A stretch of DNA of 64,000 nt from Cycas panzhihuaensis (Eukaryota; Plantae; Cycadophyta): NCBI GenBank assembly GCA_023213395.1, contig CM041465.1, positions 147,815,741 to 147,879,740 of the forward strand. The letters are read 5' to 3'. Shown here in pieces: positions 12,553 through 23,764 of the stretch (its first letter is position 1; every line of letters begins with the position of its first letter). The notes beneath the pieces were generated by a model. The model saw only the letters and a program-made list of their open reading frames with translations. It was not told the DNA's origin and did no database searches. A program made the translations under genes and the position numbers.

Positions 12553-13475
12553 TAATAGGCACCTTGATTTGGTCGAGGAGGTTGTTGCTGCTGTTGTTGC
12601 TGGAATCTTTGTTGGAATTGCTGTCGTGGTTGATGCTGTCTCTGATTTGGTTGACATGGTTGCTGTTGTTGTTGTCGTAGATCTGCTTGCTTCTTCCTAC
12701 AATCAGGTGCTATGTGGCCACCTTTGCCACAATAATGACACACAACATTGGTCTTTGAAGAACCAATGTTCCTGTTTCTAAATTGCTTTGAGAGTGCAGG
12801 TTTGGGGTTCTACTTGGCCTTTGATTTTGCCGTGAATGCACCTGATGTTGATGGTTCGTCTTCATTATCCTTGGTGTAAATTTGTTCTTCTTGAAACAAC
12901 AAGCTTTCAAGTTCATTAAATGACATTCTTTTGAGAGAACCATCTTGTGTAGTAGAAGATATAAAGCCATTGTAGTCCTTTGGCAAAGCTTTGGTGATAG
13001 ATGTTATAAGCTCATCTCTAGTTGTTGGACTACCTAGTGTATTCAATTCATTACATACCTCCTTGATGGAGGAAAGAAAAGTCGACATAGGCTTGACAAA
13101 CTTTACAAAATACAACTTGGCTTTTACTATCAAAATGCGAGCTTCATCTCGCCTTTCATACAAAGAGAACAAAATGTCCCATGCTTCCTTAGAAGTTTTT
13201 GCATATACAATATTTTGATTCACATGAACATCAACAATCATATGAAGAAATGCCAAAGCGATTTCATCTTTAGCTTCCCAAGCAGCAACAAAAGCATCAT
13301 CGGGTTGAATAGTTACATCACCATTGACAACAAGTACAGGTTGGTATCTTTTCAGAAACATAACCCAAAATTCATTCATTATCAACAGATTCTGAGTGAT
13401 CCTCTTCCATTCTTGATAGTTACCTTGTTCTGTTAATCTAATGGTGCATGCATTAAGCATGTTAATTGCAGCCAT
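12553..13475 (-). pseudogene. gag: Copia gag (family C) with zinc knuckle and Q-rich tail
   Basis: MAAINMLNAC..QGNYQEWK..SKEAWDILFSLYE; in-frame TAG at 12810-12812; CHYCGKGGHIAPDC then QQQQQPCQPNQRQHQPRQQFQQRFQQQQQQQ. Confidence 0.92.
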
Positions 13476-15965
13476 GTTTTAGTTGTAAGACTTGAAGCTA
13501 GCAGATAACTTGGAAACTCAATGCTTTCACCGCTTAAGTTCCACCTTCTAACGAAACCAACAGTTCTGATCTTAATAGAAGATCCAACAACTGAATGGAA
13601 TGATGAGGGGTGGAGGGCTAGGCTATGGAGTTGGTCCAACCCTGATCTATAGAGGAGATCCAACAGTTGACCAAGTTAAATCTAGGACAAGGCAAGTAGG
13701 GTTGATCTGCATGGACATACCATACTTTCCCAGGATTCACATTTCAATAACACCCTTTTCGAACCTCCTTTCCCTCAAGCAACCTTAATTGTCGTGCACT
13801 GACCGTACGGTGGATTGGTCCCCTAGGGAATGCACCAAGCTTAAAGTTATTTCAGAGACAAGGTTTGAACCTTTTTCGGGCCTCTCCAACAAGATTTTTA
13901 AGTCACTTTTTAGAAGGTTAAAGTGAACTTAAGATTTATTTTACTTCGATGATGTGCTTATGAAAGTGCTTGATTAAGCTTCCAATGAAAAGAGACTTCA
14001 AAAAAGAAGCAAGCTAGTACATCAAATAAACATTTAAAGTGTTGTTTACAATGAGCACTTAATGAAGTGAGAGTGCTTATGAATTCAAGTAAAAGAGATG
14101 CTCGAGTACAATGAATTTTGCAAAAAATAAGTATTTGAAAAAGAAGCTAAGTACTTTAAAGAAACAAAGCAAAATCTTGTGATGAGAGTACAAGTGTGTT
14201 CCTTTTAATGCTCAAAAGTGAAGAGAAGAAGACCACTTGCCAAATAAGTACACCAAGCACTAAGTGTTGGGACTTTAAAATAATCCCAACGATCAAAAAA
14301 TGAAGTGATTTTATTAAATAGAAGTGTTCTTGAGCCCCTTTCTAAGACTAAGGGCACTAGGTCACCATGCAAGGTGCCTTAAAAAGAGTGTTGAAACAGT
14401 GATAAATATCACTTTTGACAAGGTATCAACACTTAAAATCACTTTCAACAAGACTTTTTAACACTTATAAACATGAAATAAGTGTAAAATAAAGTTTGAA
14501 ATGCCTAAAAACAAAGGCCGAAATTTATTTGTTTTTTCTTTTTTTTTTTTGCAACTTTGAATAATAAGGACACCTCGCAGGGAGCCTTAATAAGCACCTT
14601 AATCAAGTATTTTTACTCTTCAATGATAAGAAAATGACTTAATATCAGTCATTTAATGAACTCACTATGTATCAAGAAAGATTTTTAACTCCAAAAGTAC
14701 AAAAAAAAAAGATTTTTCCTTAAGAAAATTAAGCTAGGGGCACCATGCAAGGTGCCTTGACTAGGAAAAATAGCTTAATAAAAGAAAAATATCACTTTTA
14801 ATGTAGTAAATCACTTGAAAAACTTTGATTTAGTCTAAAGTGAAGTCAAAAAATGAAAAAATCACTAAGAACCCCTTTAAATTTGGGTTAAAAAGTGAGT
14901 TTTTAATAATTTAAGTGACTTAGAGGCACTTAGTAAAAATTTTGAACCAAGAAAGATTATATTAAAAAGAATATTCTAAAAGATATTCCTAAATGTATAA
15001 CCTAATGTTCAAAGGCAAATGTTATAAAAGTGAAATTTTTGAAAAATTTAAAAAGATTTGACCGGGCTGATTCACGGCGGCTTAGTTCGGGCGGCAGTCG
15101 TGGATGAACTGACGGAGAGAACTCCGCGTAGAAGGGATGGTTCGATCCGCAGCTTTAGGCGTAGGGGCGCAGTGGGTAGAACAAGCTTTAGCTCAAGTTT
15201 GAGTGACTTTAGTTGATCCTGCAAAGAGAACGAGCTGATAGAGCCTTTGGTTGGGCGCACAACCAGTAGAAGACAACAGAGCTGTTAGGGTGACGTACAA
15301 CCACCGTACAGTCACCGCGGGACCAAGAGAGTGAAGAGATGCCCTCTCAGCAGTGAGTAAACACTGTACTCACACTTCAGCCATGTTTTGGAGGTTTGGC
15401 TAGGGTTTGAGGAGATACCTAGCAGAGTGAAGTCGCTGAGCATTTTTCAGAGGCTAAAAGTCCACTGAGTATTCTTCACAGAGCTTGCAACGGAAGTCAG
15501 ACAGGGGATAGCAAGAGGAAGCACGTATTTTGTCCAGAAAAAAATGCTCTGTCAGTAAAAAATGACCCAAAACAATGAAAAAATAGGTACAGCCTAAATG
15601 TTGTGACTGAAGATCTTATTTTCAGTCCAAAAAAAAACACATAGAACTCCTGCGATCTGCCTTGGATTATAGAAGAACAATTTTTTCTAGGTAGGATAAT
15701 TAAAAAAATCATTGTTTTTGAAAACAAACAGTGAGTGTTGCACCCTAGACAAGGTTTGAAAGAATTCAGATCTGAGAGATATCTTTGCTCCAGCTTTCAA
15801 TACTGCTCCAGAAGCTTGAACCTACAGAAAACGGGACTTAGCAAACCTTGGATCGCCTTCAGAGGGCGAAGGTCGTCACCAAGGGTTTGTAGCCCTTCTT
15901 TGAATCTTCTTGAGCAGCAACAAACTGAACAGAGGGAACTAGTCTCCTCTTGCTCTAATACCAAA

Positions 15966-16519
15966 TGTGAAAAAAGGGCCTAATGGCCTTACTATCCCAA
16001 GATCTAGAAGCTAGGTTCACTCTAGTTCTAGAAAACAACAAATGCTAACAAGTATGATACTCTTAAGATGAAACATAAGCAAGACAAAGCATGAAAAAGA
16101 AGGAGCAAGAAAATGATACCAAATGTGAGGGGTTGGAATTGGTCCAACCTCCAAATGAATAACAGTTTGATTAGCAAATTGACAGCATAACAATACAACT
16201 CCAACTCTATATGAGAACAATGAGGAGAGGTCTCATTATATAGAGTGAAAAGAGAGACCTAAGGCATTGGATGTTTGACAAGTGTCAAACATCCAAGGTA
16301 CATGCCTTGCATGTAGGACATGTGTTTTTTTAGGGCTCTCAAGTGAGTAAAAGTGCATGGGGGTCCATTTGACCCTTTAGTGACAATGTTGTGTCACTAT
16401 AAAGAATGTGGGTGTGCACTTTATCACTTAAGTGATAAGTCACCCTTAAAGTACAAAAGTACAAATATTACATGAAAAATAAAGTACATAATCTTAACAT
16501 GTAAACATAAGGTTTAACA
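15966..16519 (-). repeat. Family-C 5' LTR (554 bp)
   Basis: tgtgaaaa...gtttaaca; TATA-like ctctatataat on the minus strand near 16236-16246; closely similar to 17780-18330. Confidence 0.94.
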
Positions 16520-19500
16520 TGATGGACCTCAATATGCTTGGTGCGAGCATGAAACACTCGATTCTTGGCAATCTTGATAACACTCTGATTGTCACAATAC
16601 AATGGTGTTGGGAGTGTTTGCTCAAGTCCAAGCTCTTCAAGAATCCGTCTGAGCCAAATAGCCTCACATGCTGCGTTGATAACAGCTTTGTATTCTGCTT
16701 CAGTGAAGGAAAGCGTAACATTTGGTTGCTTTTTGCAACTCAATGAAACAATAGCTGACCCAAGGTTAAAACAATAACTGAGGTAGATTTCCGACTATCT
16801 TGGCATCCAGCCCAATCTGAATATGAGAACCCTTCTAGTGTGAAGTTTTCATTGCCTGTGTACTGAAGACTATACTGCAAAGTACCTTTGAGGTATCTGA
16901 AGATGCATTTTGCAACATTCCAGTGTCGCTGATTGGGGCTGATCATGTATCTGGAACATATTCCAACCGCATATGAAATGTCAGGTCTAGTGTCAGTCAA
17001 GTAGATGAGACTACCCACTAGTTGCCTGAAAAGGGTGGAATCAATAGGTTTTCCTTCTTCATTCATCGACAATTTTACACCTGTCTCTATGGGTGTTGGT
17101 GAAGGTTTGCAGTCTTCCATTCTAAATCGCTGCAAAATGTTCCATGTATACTTGGCTTGAGAAATGAAAATGTGACCTGGCTACTGCCACACTTCCATGC
17201 CAAGGAAATAGTGAAGAAGTCTGAGATCTGTCATCTCCAAACTTCTTTTCAAGTCCCTTTGGAAATGCTCAATCAGATTTACATCATTGCTTGTGATACT
17301 CAAATCATCAATATAAAGAATAACTATTGTGATGTGCTGGTTTTGAACCTTGATATACAGATTCGAATCTGATGTGGATCGATGAAAATTGTGCTGCAAA
17401 AAGTAGTCATCGAACTTTGAATACCATGCACGTGGCGCCTGTTTTAGACCATACAAGGCCTTTTCAAGGCGACAGACAAGATGTTCATTGCCAATGTAAA
17501 TATAACGTGAGGTTGTTCCAGGTAGACCTCCTCAGTCAAATCGCCGTTAAGAAAGGCGTTTTTGACATCCATTTGATACAATGGCCACTTGCATTGGGCA
17601 GTTAAGGCCATAACAATTCTGATGGTATTCATATTGGCTATCGGTGCAAATGTCTCGGTGTAGTTGATGCCTTCTAGTTGTTTGAAGCTTTTAGCAACAC
17701 ATTGAGCCTTATGTCGCTCAATAGTACCATCAGACTTATACTTGATTTTATAGATCCACTTACAATTGATGGCTTCTTTTGTGAAAAGTGGCCTAATGGC
17801 CTTACAATCCCAAGATCTAGAAGCTAGGTTCACCCTAGTTCTAAAAAGCAAAAAATGCTAGACAAGTATGAAACTATAAGATGAAATATAAGCAAGATAA
17901 AGCATGAAAAGGAGCAAGAAAATGATACCAAAGATGAGGAGTTGGAATTGGTCCAACCTCCAAATGAATAACAGTTTGATTAGCAACCGCAAAGATAACA
18001 ATACAGCTCCAACTTTGTATGAGAACAATGAGGAGAGCTCTCATTATATAGAGTGAAAGGAGAGACCTAAGGCATTAGATGTTTGACAAGTGTCAAACAT
18101 CCAAGGTACATGCCTTGCATGTAGGACATGTGTCCTTTTAGGGCTCTCAAGTGAACAAAAGTGCATGCAAAAGTCCATTTGACCCTTAAGTGACAATGTT
18201 GTGTCACTAGGAAAGAATGTGGGTGTGCACTTTATCACTTAAGTGATAAGTCACCCCTAAAGTACAAAAGTACAAATATTACATGAAAAATAAAGTACAT
18301 AGTCTTAACATGTAAACATAAGGTTTAACATCTTTGCCAGGTGGTAACTCAACCAAGTCCCATGTGTCATTTTGATAAATGGAGTGGATCTCATCATCCA
18401 TGGCAGCCTGCCACTTTTTGTCTGTACATGCCTCCTCAAAAGTGGAAGGCTCAGGAGCAGTAAGCACTTCAGCCATAAGTGCGTAATTAACAGTGGGTGA
18501 AGGCCGCATTTTGGATGGTTGTTTTCCTTCAACAATCTGTGAATCTACAATAGTTTGCATGTACCATTTGGGTAGCTTCTTTGTCGATGTGACTTCATGG
18601 TCTTGTGTTGGTGGTGTTTGTTGTATCTCAGAAGAAGAAGAAGAAGAAGGACACAATGAAGGTACTAAGGAAGATGTGGAGGAAGAAGAAGCAGTTGTGC
18701 AGATGAAGGTGTTGAGGAAGATGAAGGGACAGATTCTTCAAGAATGGCTTTGCCTTTGTCAAGGGAGAGAGGAGGAATGTTGACGTCGATCTCTCTATTG
18801 TCTTCTGCAAAGACAACGTCTCGTGAAGTATGCATCTTTTTAGTAAGAAGATCAAACAAGCGATATGCTTTACTGCCAGGACCATATCCAGCAAAGATGC
18901 ATTTGAGACTTCTGTCATCGAATTTTCAACGTTGCTCTTGAGGAATGTTCATATAGGCCGTGCATCCAAAAGTTTGTAAGTGATTGACCGTTGGTTTTTG
19001 GCCAGTCCAGGCCTCATCGGGTGTCATGCCTGAAAGTGCAGAAGTTGAGCTGCGATTTGACAAGTATGCAACAATACGAAGTGCTTCTGCCCAATATGTT
19101 GATGAGAGACCTTTGACATGCATCATAGCTTTTGCTCTACTGACCAAAGTTTTGTTCATTCTTTCTGCTACACCATTCTACTACAGTGTGTAAGGGGTAG
19201 AAAATTGGCGTTTGATGCCATTTTGAATACAGAATTGATTAAAATCCTTGGATGTATACTCACCACCATTATCTGTTCGGAGTATTTTGATTCGAATGCC
19301 TGATTCATTTTCAACTGTAAGTTTAAATTCCTTAAACTTGTTCAAAGCTTCTGACTTATGCTTCAGAAAGTAGACCCACACTTTATGTGAGAAATCATCA
19401 ATAAATGTCATGAAGAATGATGATCCTCCATGAGACTGAGTGGTCATAAGACCACAAATGTCAGACTGTACAAGTTGAAGTGGATGTTGTGCTCTCTAGG

Positions 19501-20735
19501 CCTTACCTTTCTCAAAAGGTTCTTGATGTTGCTTCCCCATAAGGCATGATTTGCAAAGGCAATTACCCCCAGAGATTTTGGGTAAGCCATAAACCAAGTT
19601 GTGTCTCAACATCTCCCTGATGTTGTCAAGATTTAGATGTCCAAGTCTTTCGTGCCACAGTTGAGTCTTATTGACATAATGGAAGACATCTGCATGAGAT
19701 GATCCAGATGTTGTCTAATTTGTACAAGCCACAATCTTCATGACCAACTGCAACTATCTGGTCGTCTTTGTTCATAATAATACACTTTCTGTCTTTGAAT
19801 AGCACACTCATCAGCTGCTTATCAAGCTGACTGACAGAAAACAAGTTTTTAGGTATTCCATGAACTAGGAAAACATTTCCACTAGGAAATGCAGAATGCT
19901 GATCAAGAGGTGTAATTTGTCTTACACTTGATATTTTGACAGTGACTTTGTCCGCAACTATCACTGTTTCTCCCTGACATTCTTGAAAATTTGACAATAT
20001 GTTTGCATCACCTATCATGTGACGTGATGCGCCAGAATCAATGATCCAAGTATTATCATTATGGCTACCATTATATGCAAGAAAAAGTCATGTCACTTGG
20101 ATCATGTTGTGTTGTGTGGCCTTGAAAACCACCACGATTTGTCGTTCGTTGTCGACCACCTTGGAATGCACCTCGAGTTGGTCCTTGTTGCTGCTGACGT
20201 TGTTGACGTTGTTGTTGTTGCTGCTGTTGATTCTTTTGCCGTTGTTGCTGACGTTGAATTTTGTTGCAAACAATATTGACGTTTTCTGCAGTCAGGCTGA
20301 ATGTGGCCAACTTTGCCAGAATAATGACAAACGACAGTCTTTGATTTTATGCTAAGACAGCCAAATTTTTTCAGAAAGTTTTGCTTGGGCCGGAATTTCT
20401 GCTTGGATTTAAACTTTGCGGAGAAAGTACCTGATGTGCTTGTTTCATCTTGCTGCGAATAAATTTCTTCTTCTTGTAGCAATAAACATTCTAACTCATT
20501 GAAAGTTATAATGGACAAAGTTCCATTTCGAGAAATGTCAGAAATAAAACCATTGTATTCTTTAGGCAAAGCATGAATTATTGTAGTAACCAAGTCTTCG
20601 TTTGTGACTGGTTTGCCAAGCGCTGTCAGTTGATTACTAATAGCCTTAATTGAAGATAAATAGGCTTCCATTGGAGCAACATACTTTAGACTGAATAATT
20701 TTGCTTTATACATAACAATTCGTGCAGCATATTTC
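16520..20735 (-). pseudogene. gag-pol: Decayed copia gag-pol (family-C related), 5'-truncated
   Basis: Gag 20102-20735; WIIDSGASRHM; FIDDFSHKVWVYFLK/RTDNGGEY; CKWIYKIK/QMDVKNAFLNG/YIDDL; RNase H FTEAEY/KHIEVHH. Confidence 0.93.
17780..18330 (-). mobile_element. Solo LTR of family C inserted in RT
   Basis: TG..CA, 551 bp; perfect TSD tcttt (17775-17779 and 18331-18335); splits LPPGK|EAINCKW. Confidence 0.96.
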
Positions 20736-22227
20736 CTAAAGTTGACCTTTAACACCTTTTTTAATATTATTTAATCACTTTTTGAGCCAAATGCTTCTCC
20801 TTTTTTTTTTTGAGTTAATAAATACAAAAAAAAATTGCAAGTGTATTTATTATCTCAAAAATAGTGATTTGTTGAGGATCTGTATCTCTGTGAAAAATTC
20901 ACATTGTACAAGTGTTTTTATGGCTCCCTGCGTGGTCACCCCTTTAGTCCAAGTCGTTAAACAGACTAAAGTACTCTTTTTTAATATATAAAATTACTTT
21001 GTTGGTGCGTATTAGGATGATTTTAAAGTACGAATGTCTTCTTGGTGGCGTATGAATTGGCACGACTGTTAAATTGTGTTTTAAGTGATTTGTTTGGCAC
21101 TTAAAGAAGGAACCTACTCCAAGCACTATATGCAAGCAGTATGTTTTCATTTTGGCACTTGAAGCTTTTTCAAGTTTTTAGTGCTCTTCTTTTTTTAAAA
21201 CTTAAAGTGTTCTTTTAAGGACTCTCAAGTAGTTTCATTTGAAAGCATTTTGTATTAAGTTTTAAGTAGATTTCAAGGCAACATTATCACCATCTTATAA
21301 GCAATTTATTTTAATCCACTAAATTATTTAAAATTTTCTTAAAATTTATGTGAGAGAGCTCTAAAAAAGGTTGAAACCTTGCCTCTAACATTTTAGGATG
21401 GGTGCAGTCCCTAAGGGACCAACCGATTGTACAATCAGTGCACAGGAATTGAGAGTTATTTGAAGGAAAGGAGGTTCAAAAAGGGTGTTATTGGAGCTGT
21501 GAATTCCAGGGAAAGCGCAGTATGTCCACGTAGATCAACCCTATCTCGCTTGTTCTAAAACTTGACCTTAGCCAACTGTTGGATCTATTTGAAAGATCAG
21601 GGTTGAACCAACTCCTTGCCTAGCCTTCCACTTCTCAAACTACTGTTTTCAGTTGTTAGATCTTTCTTGTAAGATGAAAGTTGTTGGTATATTTGTGAGT
21701 GGAACTTAAGCACCAAAATCTTTGAGTTTCCAAGTCATTTCTTTAGTTACAAGAGCATCTTTTAAACAAATTTAATATAATGGTAGTGATCAACATGCTT
21801 AATGCAAGCCACATTAAATTAAATGGTCAAGATAATTTTCAAGAATGGAAGAAACAAGTAAGGAATTCGCTTATTATGAATGAACTTTGGGCTTATGTAT
21901 CAAGAAGAGTTAAAAAATGTGGCCCCATTAAAAGTCTAATAGATAATACTATCATAATTCATTCTGATCCTGCTTTAGTTGCTGCATGGGAAGCTAAGGA
22001 TGAAATAGCTTTAGCTTTCATTCATATGACTATTGATAATGTTGTTGATCAAAACATTATAAATGTTGCTACTTAAAAAAATGACGAGATGATGCTCCCA
22101 TTGTTATTTCAAAAGCAAAGTTATTTACTATAAAGTTTGTTGAGCCTATGATGACTTTTTTGTCTTCCATCAAAGAAATCAACAATCAACTGACAACATT
22201 GGGCAAACTGACATCGAATGAAAACCT
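20736..22227 (+). mobile_element. gag: Family-C copia fragment: leader plus gag N-terminus (21780-22227), truncated on both sides
   Basis: 21361-21779 aligns to the reverse complement of 13476-13880; MVVINMLNASHIKLNGQDNFQEWKK...KAKLFTIKFVEPM..LSSIKEINNQL. Confidence 0.88.
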
Positions 22228-23764
22228 TGTTAGAATATAATGTCTCATCCATGTACTTTAATGTAATATATCAATATTCTATTTCTGAGAACTAATGTTA
22301 GTCATTGTAACATAAAGTGTAACATGTTATGTCAGTCTCACTAAAACCTTAAAAGGTTATTGGGACCTCATGTATAAATATGTCCTTAGTTTCACATAAT
22401 GACAAGAGAGTTCTTATTTTCTCCTTCATGCTTTCTCTATGTGTCTTTGTTCTCTGATCTATAGCATGGTATCAGAGCGTTTAGGCTAATCAACCAAGCA
22501 TCTCAGCGCAGATCCATACGACTTTACGAATAGATCTATACGATCGTATGGTCAAAAATTTTCGGAGTCAGATCATGACGAAAATTTACAAGCAAGGGCA
22601 CCTTTCCATGCTCGTCATTTTTCTCTGAAGGACCTATTGCAAATTCGGCCTCCTTCCTGCTCTAATCTCCCCTCGAAGCTGTACTGTCACCATTTGAGTT
22701 TTTCGCTCATTTATCAGCGTATGACTCTTTTTACTAGGTAAATCTGGTATCATTAGAAAGCCAGTGACGAGAGCTTTCCGTCGACATATGATTCAAGGGT
22801 ACCTTCAGCCAAACGTGAAAACTATCAACAAAAATTAAAAAACCCTAATCGTCCCCTAGAGATTCGACCTTGATTTTCTCCTCATAGGAAAGTCTGATAA
22901 AAAAGTTGACTGCAGATTTGGAATCTACGTACAAAGAGCTTTCATTCAAGCTCGATTTCACCCAATTCTGAGAAGGTTGGTTTTTGAGCCATTTTAGCTC
23001 AGCACAACAGTCCATACGACCCTCTACAATATTTTTTTTATAGGAAAGTTCTCTGAATTTTCTTTGCTATTTTTTATTTTCATCTATTACTTGTATAATT
23101 TTTTCCTTGAAAAAAAAAATTCTCAACTATCATTCCTATTACTTCTCCACAGGTAGATAACACTGCTTCGCAGCTACCCGTTCCTAGCCTTAGAGACCCT
23201 ATTCTGAGGGTCTGTAATAATCGTGTTGGATCTGTCATTCTTGGATAAGCACGTTGGCAGTTTGTAATCAACGTGTGAAGTGAGGGGTACCGAAAAGACC
23301 CAATACCTAGGCCTCAGACAGAACTCCCTCACGGATTTGAGCCTCCACATACCGAAAGGTATATAGGAGGATCCTAGAGGACCTAGAGCCCATCCTAGAT
23401 TAGAGAACCCAACCGACCGCCAAAGCCTCGTAGTGCAGTGGTTAGCAATTAGCGCCACGAAGCTACCTGTCTTGAATCTTCTTGGAGGTTTATCGACATG
23501 CCTACGAGTCCAAGCAATCCCGTGTCTAGACGTGGTAGAATTTATCATCTTCATCATGGCCTCATCTCTCCGCCTTTTCGAGTCCGAGAAATTAACAGGA
23601 GACAACCATGAATCATGGAAAACCAAGATGAGATCCATCCTTGTGGCTCAAGGTGCATGGGACTAGATAGAAGATATCAAACCAGAACTTGTAAATGCTG
23701 CTGAAAGAAATACATACTTGGAATAGAGAGGACTAGCACTTGCATCCATAACTCTATCAGTTAC

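Larger units (their letters stand above)
12553..16519 (-). mobile_element. 5' half of copia family-C element (LTR, PBS, ~2.5 kb leader, gag), inserted into the RNase H of the 16520-20735 element
   Basis: LTR 15966-16519; PBS gctctaatacca at 15952-15963; the LTR interrupts TKHIEVHH at 16520. Confidence 0.88.

Noticed and set aside
12371-12781. Hydrophobic plus-strand ORFs (also 20041-20355 and 51940-52308) as env or membrane proteins
   Set aside because: They are antisense readings of Q-rich or K/E-rich gag regions; the 12371 ORF also crosses an LTR junction.
12780-12830. Programmed frameshift or readthrough between capsid and zinc knuckle
   Set aside because: Single in-frame TAG where the relative at ~20400 has CAG; ordinary deamination.
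23339-23373. Resemblance to group II intron domain V (gAGCc..GAAA tetraloop)
   Set aside because: The lower stem has mismatches, and there is no domain VI, GUGYG start or maturase. A simple GNRA hairpin explains it.
23425-23489. tRNA-like stretch (gcctcg-ta-gtgcagtggttagca..tagc..gcta..ttgaatc..gaggt)
   Set aside because: The A-box-like motif and a partial acceptor stem are present, but there is no T-stem or GTTC, the anticodon loop is 8 nt, and a competing hairpin exists. Not called a tRNA gene; treated as part of the leader structure.
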